A DNA stretch of 64,000 nt. Source: Vulcanimicrobiota bacterium. Its GTDB lineage: Bacteria > Vulcanimicrobiota > Vulcanimicrobiia > Vulcanimicrobiales > Vulcanimicrobiaceae. The notes under the pieces were generated by a model. The model was not told the DNA's origin and did not search any database. It was given only the letters and a program-made list of their open reading frames with translations. Both the position numbers and the translations under genes were made by a program. Numbering within the stretch: position 1 is the stretch's first letter; each line of letters opens with the position of its first letter. The stretch spans positions 320,001-384,000 of the forward strand of contig CAWCIZ010000002.1 of assembly GCA_963795855.1 (NCBI GenBank). Reading direction: 5' to 3'. This document shows, piece by piece, positions 41,691 to 54,559 of the stretch.

Positions 41691-42577
41691 ATGGGCGGCG
41701 TGGCAGAGCAAAAAGGAAAAAAGACCGGCGCACCGCCGGCGTCTGAGGAGTCCGGCAACATCGTTCAACTCTCGCAAGATGAAGAACAGCGAGGTCCGCA
41801 AGCGCTCTGCGATTCGCGCCGCCGTTGTTTTCGAAACGATTCGGCGCGAGGGCGAGACCGAGGTCACGCGCCCGGCAATTGCGCTGGCGTTTTCCGGACT
41901 CGCGTGCGGGCTATCGATGGGCTTTTCGCTTGTCGGCACCGGACTGCTCGCGCGCGTACACCCCCGACGCCCCTTGGCGTCCCTTGTTCATCAACTTAGG
42001 GTATACGCTCGGCTTTTTGATCGTCGTGCTCGGACGTCAGCAACTCTTTACCGAGAATACGCTTACCGCGATTCTGCCGGTTCTGGACGATCCCGACAAA
42101 GCGAAAAAGACCATTCAGATGCTTCGGCTTTGGGGCATCGTGCTGCTCACCAATCTGATCGGCGCGGGCATCTTCGCTACGGTCGTCGCGCATACCGCAA
42201 CGTTTGCGCCGCCGGTAAAAGCGGCGTTTCTGCAGATCGGGTTGGAGGCGCTGCGACCCTCGTTCGGAGAGATCGTGTGGCGCGGTATTCTCGCGGGATG
42301 GCTGATCGCGCTCATGGTGTGGCTGCTGCCGGCTGCGAATCCGCAGCGCGTGTGGATCGTGCTCATCATTACGTGGCTCGTCGGCGCGGCGGGATTGAGC
42401 CACATCATCGCCGGTTCCGTCGAGGCGCTGTACGCCGTTGCATCGGGCGCGTGGCCGTGGACTCTGTACGTCACGAACTTCTTGGTTCCGGTCTTCATCG
42501 GAAATTGCATCGGCGGCGTGGGGCTGGTAGCGATTTTGAATTACGGGCAAGTCGTGCCCGAACAAGGCGGCGACTGA
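41691..42577 (+). CDS. Formate/nitrite transporter (FNT, YfdC-like); indels near 41790 and 41955
   Basis: IRREGE.E..RP...LAFSGLACGLSMGFS, GRQQLFTENT, AGWLIALMVWL, HIIAGSVE. Confidence 0.85.
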
Positions 42578-42607
42578 GCCGGCAGTCTGCGCGAGCACCG
42601 GCAAACG

Positions 42608-43189
42608 TCATGCCCACTCCGCGTGCCATTGACGGTCTTCGAGCAGACGTAGAATCTCGCGAACGAACCTCGTTTCTCCCTGTAGACGCGCCACTGCATG
42701 GGAATTCGCAAGCTGAGCCGGCCCGGAGCGTGATTGCATGTCGCCAAAGAGGCGTTTGAGGCGGCGCTCGTGCGCGGCGAGTTCTTTGGACCGGCGCACC
42801 AACATGCGTATTGCTTGAGCGCGCGAAAGCTGCCCAAGCAACACGAGCGCGATCTCGAGCGCGGAGGCTCCGACTTCCGTGTCGTTGATGATTGCATTCA
42901 ATAGTTCGTGGAAACGATCTTCGCCTCTGCCCGTCAAGTGATAAACGACTTTGGTTTCTGCCGGACCGCGCTTTGCTTTCGCGCTGCGCTTCCCCAAGTA
43001 GCCCTCAGCAGCGAGTCTGCCTACGAAATCGTAGATGTTGCCGTGCCCCAAATCGCGATACAAGGCCGTATGGCTTCGGACGGCGCGATCGATTGCGTAG
43101 GCGGAGAGTGGTTGACGCCTTACGAGGCCAAGCACGAGCAATTCCCGCGCAAAAACGATGCGTTTTATCCCGTTGCGGCCGCTATCCAC
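42608..43189 (-). CDS. PadR-family transcriptional regulator
   Basis: LLVLGLV...SAYAI, GNIY...LAAEGYL, VYHLTGRG. Confidence 0.8.
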   Translation of the reverse strand: MDSGRNGIKRIVFARELLVLGLVRRQPLSAYAIDRAVRSHTALYRDLGHGNIYDFVGRLAAEGYLGKRSAKAKRGPAETKVVYHLTGRGEDRFHELLNAIINDTEVGASALEIALVLLGQLSRAQAIRMLVRRSKELAAHERRLKRLFGDMQSRSGPAQLANSHAVARLQGETRFVREILRLLEDRQWHAEWA

Positions 43190-46100
43190 GGTTTCCTGGC
43201 CGGCTTCCTACGTCGATAATATGCTAGATAGACGATGGGAACGACGAAAAGCGTGAGTAAAAGCGACGTCGAGAGACCGCCGATCACCACGGTACCCAAT
43301 GCTCGCCGATAGTCCGCGCCGATGGTGTGCCCCAACGCGAGCGGCAACATCCCCGCAATCATGGCAAACGTCGTCATCACAATTGGCCGGAATCGCGTTT
43401 GCACCGCCTGCAGCATCGCGTCGTAGGACGAGTCGCCGCGCCGAACGCCACGTTCGGCATACTCCACGAGTAAAATTCCGTTTTTTGCGACGAGGCCGAC
43501 GAGCATCACGATGCCAAGCATCGAATAGAGGTTGAGCGTTTGAAATTGCAGCACGGAAGCGCTCGGAAAAACGTTCTTGAGCGCATTGAGCACAAAGAGG
43601 ACGCCAAGCGCGCCGACCGACGCGAGGGGGACGGTCAGCATGATGATGAGCGGCAACGTATAGCTGCGATAGAGGACCGCCAGGATCACATACACGCAGA
43701 GGAGCGAAATTGCGAACGCTTCCAGCACGCGACTGACCGTTTCGAGGAACTGTTCGACGTCGCCGCGCGGCTCGATTACCGCGCCGGCCGGAAGAAAACC
43801 GGGCTCGCGTAGTTTGCGGTAAACGGCGGATGTCAGTACGCTAATCGGTACGCCTTCCTGCGGATTCGCGGTCACCGTCACAATGCGGCGCCCGTCCTCG
43901 CGTTCAATTACGACGGGCTGCTTCGACGAACGGATTTGTGCGACGTCCGCCAATGGAACCAATTGGCCGTCGGCGCTGCGGACCATCTGCCGGCGCACCA
44001 GTTCGAGGTCACCACGCTCCGCCGCATCCGCTTGCACGACGACGTTGACGAGTCCCGATGGGAGCCGCGCTTTGGAGGCGATCGCGCCGCCCGTCGTAAG
44101 GCGCGCGGTCTGTGCAGCATCATCCGGCGATACGTTGAGCAGCCTCGCTCTGCCGGCGTCGATCGCAATTTGCACGTATGGAGCCAGCCCGAGCGCGCTC
44201 GTGCGCACATCCGTTGCATTTGGATTGGCGCGCAACACACGGGCAATGCGATCGGCCGCGACGTCGGCAACGCCGGGATCGCCTCCGACGCTGTAGCTTA
44301 TCGGCGCTGCGCCGCCCATGCCTTTTCCCGCTCCGGCGATCGACGCCGAAGGGACGAGGTACTGAAGCCGTTTGGCCTCGTCCGTCGCGCCGCTCGCCGA
44401 AGCGGAAGGATCGGCGAGCACGATGGCCAGCTGCGCGACATTGGCGGCAAACACGTCGGTCGTGCCGTTGAAAGCGCGGCCCGCCGTGGACTCGATGTGC
44501 CGAATGGCCGGGTCATCCAGAAGCCCGCCGGTAAGTTTGCGCGCGGCCGAATCCGTAACCGCAAGCGGTGTACCGGGCGGCATGGTGAGATCGACCGTCG
44601 CCACGCCGCGATTGACGGGCGGCGAAAACTCGGCTGGAACGGCGCCCGCAATCAGCAGAGCAAACGGTACGGCGCAAAGGACAGACGCAAATAGCAGCAG
44701 GGGCACGCGGTTTTTCCAAGCCGCCGGCAGCCACACGCAAGCATAGCGATGGCCAATCAAGATCTCGTAGCGCCCGAAGGCGTTGATTGCAGCATGCCAG
44801 GCCGCAAACGCCGTCACGAGCGGGCGAGTGCGAAACGTCCACGGAAAGGTACGCGCACGCCCTCGCAGTGCAGCAACGGCCTCCGAAAAGCGAAGATCGT
44901 CCAAGCCGAACGTGCGGCGCACCAGCGCCCAACGCGCGGTAAGCAATGGCGTAAGCGTAAACGAGACCAACAGCGAAAATGCCGTTGCGAACACGATCAC
45001 CAAACCGAACTCACGCATGAACTCGCCGATGGTACCGCTCATCAGCGCGATGGGCGCAAACACCGCGACGTCGACCAGCGTAATCGCGAACGCAGCGCCG
45101 CCGATTTCCCGCCGGCCCGCCAAGGCCGCCTCATCCGGCGAGCCGAGGCTCTTCGCAGAACGCGCGATCGCCTCGATAATGACTATCGAGTCGTCAACGA
45201 GAATGCCGATCGTCAACGAGAGCCCCATCAAGGAGAGCACGTTGAGCGTAAATCCGAGCATCCACATCAGTAGAAACGCCGCGCAAAGCGACGTCGGAAT
45301 CGCGATTGCGGCAATGGCGGCGCTGCGCCACGCGTGCAAAAACAGCAGCATCACGAGCACTGTGAGTACTACGCCTTCTCCCAGCGTTTGCAGCACGCCG
45401 GCAATCGCGGCGTTTGTGGCGGGTCCGTCGGTACGCAGTTCTTCAAAGCGAATGGCCGGATACTGCGCGGCGAGGCGCCGAAACGTTTTGCGCACGTTCG
45501 CAATCGTTCGCAGCGCATCGTAACCCGATGCGTTCGACACGTAGACAATAGCAGAGCGATCGCCGTCAACGCGGGAAATGATGCTCGCATCGGCATAGGC
45601 GTCTCGCACATCGGCAACGTCCCCGATCCGAACGGACGGATTGGCGGCAAGGGCAACGGGGACGTTCCGCAAGTCTTCCGGCGATGTCGCGGCTGCGTTG
45701 ATGCCAATCACCGGTTCGCTAACCGAACCGCGTAACACGCCTCCTGGAAACACGTCGTTGCTCGCGGCGGCGGCGCGGAACACGTCTAGCGCCGTCGCAT
45801 GCAGCGCTTGCATCGATCCGCCGCGCGGCCGGATCGTGAACTGACGAGTTCGTGCGCCGCTGATGCGGACCCCGCCGACGCCCGCCGTCTCCCGCAACAA
45901 CGGCTCCAGGCGGTGCGTCAAGATCTCGGAAAGTGCGGCATCGGAAATGAGCGCGGAACCGATCGCCTCTTCCATGACGGGGGCCTGCCCCGGATCGTTT
46001 TTGCTTACAATCGGCGCAACGAGATCCGGCGGCAGATTGACGCGAGCCGCATCGGTGGCTTGCTGCACTTCGGCGCGGTCGACGTCGACGTTGGTGCCGA

Positions 46101-46387
46101 AGCGAAACTGCACGACGATCTCCGCCACGCCGTTTTGAGCGGTCGCGGAGACGCGCGAGATCTTGTAAACCGCTTACCTGATCTTCGATAGGTTCGATGA
46201 CTAGGCGCTCGATCTCGATAGCGCTCGCGCCCGCATAGGGCGCCGCAACCGTCACGACGGGGAGCGAAACGGGTGGCAATGTGCTGCGCCCCATCCGCAT
46301 GAGTGCGAACAAACCGAACAGCACGACAAGTACGAAGAACAAAGTCGTGGGTATAGGGTTTTGCAGACAGTAGCGTGTAAGCCGCAC
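43165..46387 (-). CDS. RND (AcrB/CzcA-like) efflux permease (indel near 46140)
   Basis: IGILVDDSIVIIE, GLVAKNGILLVE, RFRPIVMTT. The N-terminal part is in the 45719..46432 frame. Confidence 0.92.
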
Positions 46388-46510
46388 GCCGGACTCTTTT
46401 CCACGAGGCCCGGATAAGGCTGCGCCCGTCAAGGCGAAATTACTTCACAATGAAGTAATTTTGCCCAAATTCGACTTTTCAGCCGTGCAAGAGCGGCGTA
46501 TCGTCAAGAC

Positions 46511-46915
46511 ATGAAGCACACACTTTGGACTCTTCTTTTCGCGAGCGCCATCGCGCTCGCAAATCCACCGATGGCGGGCGCGCAAATGATGGGACACAAG
46601 CCGCCCGTTCCAATGTCGCCGCAGCAGTTCACGCAGGCGGCAGCCGGGCAGAACGTGCAAATAGCGGTTCGCGTGACCGCTGTAAAAAGAAACACGCTGC
46701 TCGCGCAGTTGCTGCAGCACGAGACCGACGCGCGTTCCAGAGCTACGAACACGCATGTTACGCTGTACTACGCGGACGGCACGCCCGTCGTCATGGGCAC
46801 CGCTCGAGACATCGTCCCGGGCGCGGTTCTCTTTGTGTACGGCATCGTGACGAAGCCGGGGCACGTCGACGTCAAGCAAGCCGTCGTCGACACGCGGTTC
46901 GTAAAGGTTCAGTAG
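46511..46915 (+). CDS. Secreted hypothetical protein
   Basis: Signal peptide and beta-rich mature part. TATCGT lies 6 nt before the ATG. Confidence 0.65.
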   Translation: MKHTLWTLLFASAIALANPPMAGAQMMGHKPPVPMSPQQFTQAAAGQNVQIAVRVTAVKRNTLLAQLLQHETDARSRATNTHVTLYYADGTPVVMGTARDIVPGAVLFVYGIVTKPGHVDVKQAVVDTRFVKVQ

Positions 46916-46916
46916 T

Positions 46917-47297
46917 CTGGATCCAAACGATCTCGCCGCGTGGACTGCACTGGCGCTCATTCCCGTCAGTGCAGCCGCCGGCTGGTATCTGCGGCGGCGC
47001 GGCAACGGTGCTTTTGCAATCCGTCTCCGGCCGCATTACGTAATAGGGTATGCGGCGCTCGGATGCGCCGTCTTGCACATGATGCTTGCAATGCCGGCGA
47101 CGTCGGGCGCAAACGGCAACGGCATTTGGTCCGCGGCGTTCGCTACGACCGGCTTAGCGCTGCAATCATTCATCGGCACGAATTTGCAATCGCCCGGATC
47201 GTATCGAGTGCTGCTGCGGCGCTGGCATACTGCGCTGTTTTGGGGTATTGCACTCTTTTCGGTCGTGCATGTCGCGCTCGATGGCGTAACGTTTTAG
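46917..47297 (+). CDS. Small four-TM membrane protein with His residues (cytochrome b-like helices)
   Basis: The frame is open from CTG 46917. RPHYVIGY..LHM and RRWHTALF..VHV place His pairs in TM helices. Confidence 0.55.
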   Translation: MDPNDLAAWTALALIPVSAAAGWYLRRRGNGAFAIRLRPHYVIGYAALGCAVLHMMLAMPATSGANGNGIWSAAFATTGLALQSFIGTNLQSPGSYRVLLRRWHTALFWGIALFSVVHVALDGVTF

Positions 47298-47331
47298 TCG
47301 ACAATGCGCTGAACGACTTCGACGCAGGGGA

Positions 47332-47694
47332 CTACGGTTTCGGATGCTGACGCAGGCCGATCGGCGTTCCGTCGGGATCCTTGACGATCGCGATCAGCAA
47401 TCCGCGCGCTACGTCGGTGACATCCTGCACTTTTTCCGCTCCGTTCGCAGTGAGGCTCGTGAGCGCGGCGTTGATGTCGTCGACATCGACGTACGCCAGG
47501 GCTCCCGATAGGCCACGCTGCGCCGCGCTCGGGTCGAGCCCGATTTCCACGTCGCCGGCTTTGAAGCCGACGTAATACGGGCTGTCGGCGTAAGGCTCGA
47601 TGCCGAGCAAGTCCGTGAAGAACTTCTTTGTCTTCGACACGTCCGAGGCGGGGTAAACGATGAGTGCGACGTTCTTTGCCAACAGGTCAGGCAT
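47332..47694 (-). CDS. VOC/glyoxalase family protein
   Basis: IVYPASDV.KTKKFFTDLLG, EIGLDP, YVDVDDI, KDPDGTPIGL. Confidence 0.88.
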   Translation of the reverse strand: MPDLLAKNVALIVYPASDVSKTKKFFTDLLGIEPYADSPYYVGFKAGDVEIGLDPSAAQRGLSGALAYVDVDDINAALTSLTANGAEKVQDVTDVARGLLIAIVKDPDGTPIGLRQHPKP

Positions 47695-47749
47695 GTTGTG
47701 TATCCTCTTTCGATGTTCGCGTCGTGCTTTTTTGGGGTCGCCCAGGTGT

Positions 47750-47775
47750 GACGAAACGCAGCGTTCGAATGTGAC
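47750..47775 (-). promoter_or_regulatory. ECF41-type promoter for the VOC gene
   Basis: Minus strand GTCACA-N16-CGTC matches the ECF41 consensus TGTCACA-n16-CGTC. Confidence 0.75.
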
Positions 47776-47813
47776 GTAAGGGGTCCGCGGCAAGCGCCCC
47801 TACAGTGCCGCGC

Positions 47814-48714
47814 TTAGAGGCCGAGGATTTGCCGAACGCGTTCGGGCCGCGAGATCACGTAGATCTCCCGAATTTGCTCGCCCGAGATAACGAACCCCAT
47901 CACGGATAGCGGTTCGCCGTTCGGAAGGTACGAAACGATTCCGGGCGTTCCGTTGACGACGACCTGCTCCAGATTTTGGACGACTTTAGAGAACGTGACG
48001 GCTTGCGATGCGACCGCCTGCGCGCCGCGAATGCCTCGCAAGGCCGGCTCCCGATCGGCACGCAGCAGCACGTTGGGATCGAGTACCGCGACGAGGGCGT
48101 CAAAGTCGCCTTCGCGTACCGCCGCGAGGAACGCGTCCACAACCGCGCGCCGCTGCGCGAAACCGATCGCCGGCGGCGTTGCGCCCTGCACGCGGCGGCG
48201 TGCTCGGCTCGCCAGCTCGACGTACGGCCGTGGGCGATCGGCCGACGATCGATGCGATCTCTTCGAACGGCACCACGAACATGTCGTGAAGGACGAACGC
48301 AAGCCTTTCCGCCGGTGTAAGGCTGTCGAGCACGACGAGAAGAGCCAAACCAACCGAATCGGCTGCGAGCACTTGGTCTTCGGGGCCTTCGGCGCGGCTC
48401 ACGATGAAGTCGGGAATCTCCGGCGCAAGCGGCTCCTCGGCTTTGGCACGCCGAGCGCGAAGCATGTCGACACAGATGCGCGAAACGACCGTCGTGAGCC
48501 ACGCATCGATTTTCTCGATGCCCTCATCGCCCCGGCGACTGAGGCGCAGCCACGCTTCTTGCACGGCGTCGTCGGCATCGTCGAGCGATCCGAGCATTCG
48601 GTATGCCACGCCGCGCAAGCGGGAACGGTTTTCTTCAAACCGTTCCGCCAACCACTCCGTCATCTGGTTGTTCGCTTCTTCCACGCTGCGTTCGCTTCCC
48701 ACTAGGTCGTTCAC
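47814..48714 (-). CDS. ECF41/SigJ-like sigma factor with SnoaL-like C-terminal extension (indel near 48225)
   Basis: VAYRMLGS.DDADDAVQEAWLRL, LTPAERLAFVLHDMF, then ASRARRRV, GDFDALVAVLDP, VNGTPG. Confidence 0.9.
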
Positions 48715-48773
48715 GACATCGGCACAGCGGTCGAAAAGGTCAAAGCGTTCTATCGAGATATTCTCGAGCGTGT

Positions 48774-49310
48774 TTAGCCGCTCGACAAAACGTCGCCGAA
48801 CGGACCGAACTGCGCTGCATGCTCGCGCAGCTTGCGATAAATGAGCGCAGACGGAAAGCCGAGGCGCTCGAGCGCCCGTGCCGCCGACGGATAACTCAGT
48901 TCGGGCTTTGTCCGAAACAGTTTGGCGAGCGCGTCGTCGATCCGTTCGGTTTCATCAACCGATCCGCCGCAGACGGCGGCCGCCGCCGCGTCGCGTTCGA
49001 TGCCCTTGCGCACGAGTTCACCGACGAGCCGCACGTTGCCGACCGATTTCCGCTTCTGCTCTACATACAGTTGTGCGAAAAGCCGGTCGTCGATGTAGCC
49101 GTCGCGTTTGCAGCGCTCGACCGCATCGCGTATCGCTTCATCGGCATAGCCTTTGCGTTCGAGTCTCTGCCACAACTGCGCCTCGGTCAGGCGCTTCTGC
49201 GCGAGCGCCCGCAGTGCGGTTACGTAGGGCGATGTCGCGGGGTGGGCTTTGTTTGGTGACTCGATCGCTGCGGCTGGTGAGGTGCAGCACGTGTTCCCCG
49301 AACCGTTCAC
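48774..49310 (-). CDS. recX: Regulatory protein RecX
   Basis: [44 protein letters not shown]. Downstream of recA; GTG with GGAGGG RBS. Confidence 0.9.
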   Translation of the reverse strand: MNGSGNTCCTSPAAAIESPNKAHPATSPYVTALRALAQKRLTEAQLWQRLERKGYADEAIRDAVERCKRDGYIDDRLFAQLYVEQKRKSVGNVRLVGELVRKGIERDAAAAAVCGGSVDETERIDDALAKLFRTKPELSYPSAARALERLGFPSALIYRKLREHAAQFGPFGDVLSSG

Positions 49311-49486
49311 AAATTCGCCCTCCATGGCGAATTTGCTACTTCTGTGCGTTTTTGCGAAAACAAGTTTTGAAAAAACCATCCGGGTTTGCGCAAAAACGTC
49401 ACAGATTCGAGGAACACGTACCGCACCTCACCAGCTGGAACCGATCGCACAGATTTCCCAAACAAGCCCGAGCCCTCGGCGTCGCG
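49228..49486. repeat. Structured intergenic element, family A, copy 2 (long imperfect inverted repeat around the shared core)
   Basis: Arms ~49228-49303 and ~49405-49486 are reverse-complementary (e.g. GCTGGTGAGGTGC / GCACCTCACCAGC). The core 49317-49407 matches 18571-18662. Confidence 0.88.
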
Positions 49487-49513
49487 TGAGAGACCGTCAC
49501 AGATTCGTGGAAG

Positions 49514-50557
<1,044 letters not shown>

Positions 50558-50627
50558 GCTTTTCTCCTAAAAAACTGCGTACGTTGTGAGTCTCACGCTA
50601 ACCGGGCGCGATGCCAAGGGGGTGGCA

Positions 50628-51545
50628 TTAAAATCCGCTGTCCTCGAACAGCGCTTCTATGAATTCCGATGGAACGAAGGGCGCCAGCGCGTCGGCACTC
50701 TCCCCCAAGCCGACGAACTTGATGGGAATTTCCAGCGTGTCGACAATTGCTACGAGCACGCCGCCCTTCGCGGTGGAATCGAGTTTGGTGACCACGACGC
50801 CCGTGAGCGCGGTCGCTTCGTTGAAGAGTTTCGCCTGCGAGATTGCGTTTTGTCCGGTGGTACCGTCGAGCACGAGGAGCGTTTCCGCGGGTGCGGCTCC
50901 GGTCTCCCGCTCGATGATGCGGCGCATCTTCTTGAGTTCTTCCATGAGGTTGGTTTTGGTTTGCAGCCGTCCTGCGGTGTCCACGAGCACCACGTCGGCC
51001 CCGCGCGACTTGCCGGCCTGCATGCCGTCGAACACCACCGACGCCGGATCTGCACCGTCCTTGCCGCGCACGTAATCGGCGCCGCTGCGTTCAGCCCAGA
51101 TGTGCAATTGCTCCGCGGCTGCTGCACGGAACGTATCGGCCGCGACGACGAGAACGCGTTTGCCCTGCGAACGCAGCCGCCCCGCGAGCTTGCCGATCGT
51201 CGTCGTTTTGCCGCTGCCGTTCACGCCAACCACCAGCACGATCGCCGGCTTTGCCGCTACTGCGAGTTCGGCATCGGGAAGCGTAAGAAAACGCTCCACG
51301 TCTTTGCGGAAACGCGCGACGATTTGATCGCTGGTCGTCCAGAGTTCTTGCTTCGCCACCGTTTTCAGACCGCCGACGATTTTTTCGGTCGTCGGCACGC
51401 CGAAATCGGCGAGCAGCAGCAGGTCCTCGAGCTCTTCCCAGAGTTCCGGCGTGATGGGCCGGCGGGCACGGCCGAGGGCCGCTACACCCGAGAGCGTCTC
51501 ACGCGCCTTACCGAACGAGGCCCGGAATTTGGCAATCCAGCTCAC
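50628..51545 (-). CDS. ftsY: SRP receptor FtsY (NG domain only)
   Basis: GVNGSGKTTTIGKL, DTFRAAA, DTAGRL, TKLDSTAKGG. Confidence 0.96.
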   Translation of the reverse strand: MSWIAKFRASFGKARETLSGVAALGRARRPITPELWEELEDLLLLADFGVPTTEKIVGGLKTVAKQELWTTSDQIVARFRKDVERFLTLPDAELAVAAKPAIVLVVGVNGSGKTTTIGKLAGRLRSQGKRVLVVAADTFRAAAAEQLHIWAERSGADYVRGKDGADPASVVFDGMQAGKSRGADVVLVDTAGRLQTKTNLMEELKKMRRIIERETGAAPAETLLVLDGTTGQNAISQAKLFNEATALTGVVVTKLDSTAKGGVLVAIVDTLEIPIKFVGLGESADALAPFVPSEFIEALFEDSGF

Positions 51546-51615
51546 GGGTATAGCCTCTTCTGCGCTCGGAATCGAACTCCTGTTCGATTCGCGGGGGAAT
51601 TCAAGCGGGCGGCGG

Positions 51616-52597
<982 letters not shown>

Positions 52598-52652
52598 ACC
52601 GCGGACTTCAGCGCGGCTTTTCTTCCTCCGCTAGCTTACGCTATGACGGAAC

Positions 52653-52964
52653 TTAGCGGGCGTGGCTGCGCTTGGCGGCTTCGGAGTCGACGCGGAAGAC
52701 ATACGCCAGTACTTCCGCCACGACTGCGTACAGTTCGCGCGGAATCGTTTCGGTGAGTTCGAGCCGCGAGAGCGCTTCGACGAGTTCGCCGTCTTCATGC
52801 AGCGGGATGTCGTGCTCTTTCGCGACGCGGACGATCTCTTCGGCGATGAGGCCGCGGCCTGCCGCGACAACCTCGGGCGCTTCTTGTCCGACCGGATCGT
52901 ATTTGAGCGCGGCGGCCGCCGGACGCGGCGCTACTTTCTTACGAAAATCGTAGAACCGGTTCAT
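52653..52964 (-). CDS. FlhB cytoplasmic-domain-like protein (FlhX/YlqH type)
   Basis: AAALKYDP..APEVVAAGRG..AEEI, IPRELYAVVAEVLAYV. Confidence 0.9.
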   Translation of the reverse strand: MNRFYDFRKKVAPRPAAAALKYDPVGQEAPEVVAAGRGLIAEEIVRVAKEHDIPLHEDGELVEALSRLELTETIPRELYAVVAEVLAYVFRVDSEAAKRSHAR

Positions 52965-54553
52965 GCCTGCAAATCCAATCCGCTCTTTCGCGCATCCGGC
53001 GCGGCAACGCTTTCCGCGGCGACGGGACCCTTACGCGCCACGATGCTCGCAGCCGCGGACGCGACGCGGTACCGCAGATCTTCCAAGCGATTACGCAACG
53101 AGGCGAGCGTGTCCGAAAACTGCGCGGCGGCAGGCGCGGTTTCGGTTTTGACGGCAACCTTTACGGCGCGTCCGCTCGTTTGCAAATCGATCGCCACCAT
53201 GCCGAGATTCGCGGTGTCGAGCACGAACGCGACGTGAAAATTTTCCGCGTCGATCTTGCCGCCGCGTGAATCGGCATCATGCGAGATGCGTATTTGTGCG
53301 GGCTTTCCTCCCTCACGATAAAAGACTGGGAGCGAAAAAGCGAAAGTTCCGGGATTTTGCTGATTCGCCGTGAGCGCGTTGACCTGCGTGCCGGTCAGCG
53401 TGATCAGGGTTTCGCTCAACGCCTGCGTCAGCGCGGGGGTGCGTTCCGCCGGCGGATCGCGCAGCAAAGACAAGACGACCGATTTGAGATCGTGCGAGAC
53501 CGCCGCAGCGCGTTCGGCGATGCGTGCCTGCACGGCCACGGGCGCCGGAGTCGTCGCCGCGTCATTCGAGCGCGGCTGCGATTGCGTTTGCAGACGCGGA
53601 GCCGATTGCGTTGCCGTTTCCGTTTTTTCGGGTTGAGCGTGCGTTTGCGTTTGGGATTGCCCATGCGGCGCCGGCGCGGCCTGTGCGTGCGCCTGCAGCA
53701 GCTGCGCAAGCTTCGCTTCGACGCCCTCTACGACGTTGGAGACGTACGACGAAATCTGCGCGCGCAGCGTTTCCGGATTCGCCGGGTTTAAGCGCGCGGT
53801 GAAACCGACGAGCGTGCGAAGCGTCGGGATACGCGGATCCTGCGCGGTGCGCGGCAACGCCGCTTCCAAACGCTGCAGCACCGGCGACACGCGTTCGGGC
53901 GCGTGCGGTGCAATAGTCGCCGCGATGCGCGTGAACGGCGTATCCGGAAGACGCGCAGCACGTAAAAATTCGCTCACCGTTTGCACCGCGCGCTGCACGA
54001 GCGGCGTAACGTTCTTGGGGGTAACGCTCGGCGGCGGTGCTTTCGCCGTTTGCGCGGCAGCGATGCGCGCTTCGATGCTTTGCGGCGACGCCGGCTGAAC
54101 CGACGCGGCGACGAACACTGCGGAAGGCGGCGAGAGCGGCGTTTGCCCTTGCGGCACACGAACAGTCGTAAGTACTGCGCTTTGCCGCAGCGTTTCGCTT
54201 TGCGCGCCCGGCAGCACGGCGTCGTTCACCGCAACGGGATTGGCGGGATCGGGAGCGCCGAGATTGCGTACGAAGATTTGCGTCCCGGAAAAACCGGTGA
54301 CCTGAAGCAACAGCGTTTCGCCGGGATAGACTGCGGGCGGCAGTTGCGCCGCGACACGCAGCCCCAGCAGTTGGACGTAGTCCTGGCCATTCTGCGGCGG
54401 CAGAACCTGCGCGGGGAGAACGTCGCCGAGCGAAATCTGCGTTTCAAGAACATCGGCTGAAACGCCGAGATTGATAGCGGCGTCGAGCATCGCCGCCTCG
54501 GCGGCGGCGACGACGCGGGCACTTATCGCAGCGAGCGGATCGGTGCCTGACAT
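52961..54553 (-). CDS. Second FliK-like protein (YlqG-like, C-terminal hook-length-control domain)
   Basis: A/P/Q-rich. C-terminal FVLDTANLGMVAIDL ... LRNRLEDLRY. Coupled to the FlhB-like gene. Confidence 0.7.
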   Translation of the reverse strand: MSGTDPLAAISARVVAAAEAAMLDAAINLGVSADVLETQISLGDVLPAQVLPPQNGQDYVQLLGLRVAAQLPPAVYPGETLLLQVTGFSGTQIFVRNLGAPDPANPVAVNDAVLPGAQSETLRQSAVLTTVRVPQGQTPLSPPSAVFVAASVQPASPQSIEARIAAAQTAKAPPPSVTPKNVTPLVQRAVQTVSEFLRAARLPDTPFTRIAATIAPHAPERVSPVLQRLEAALPRTAQDPRIPTLRTLVGFTARLNPANPETLRAQISSYVSNVVEGVEAKLAQLLQAHAQAAPAPHGQSQTQTHAQPEKTETATQSAPRLQTQSQPRSNDAATTPAPVAVQARIAERAAAVSHDLKSVVLSLLRDPPAERTPALTQALSETLITLTGTQVNALTANQQNPGTFAFSLPVFYREGGKPAQIRISHDADSRGGKIDAENFHVAFVLDTANLGMVAIDLQTSGRAVKVAVKTETAPAAAQFSDTLASLRNRLEDLRYRVASAAASIVARKGPVAAESVAAPDARKSGLDLQA

Positions 54554-54559
54554 CGCGCG

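Noticed and set aside
50558..50627. LexA box upstream of recA
   Set aside because: No recognisable known SOS-box consensus or clear palindrome.
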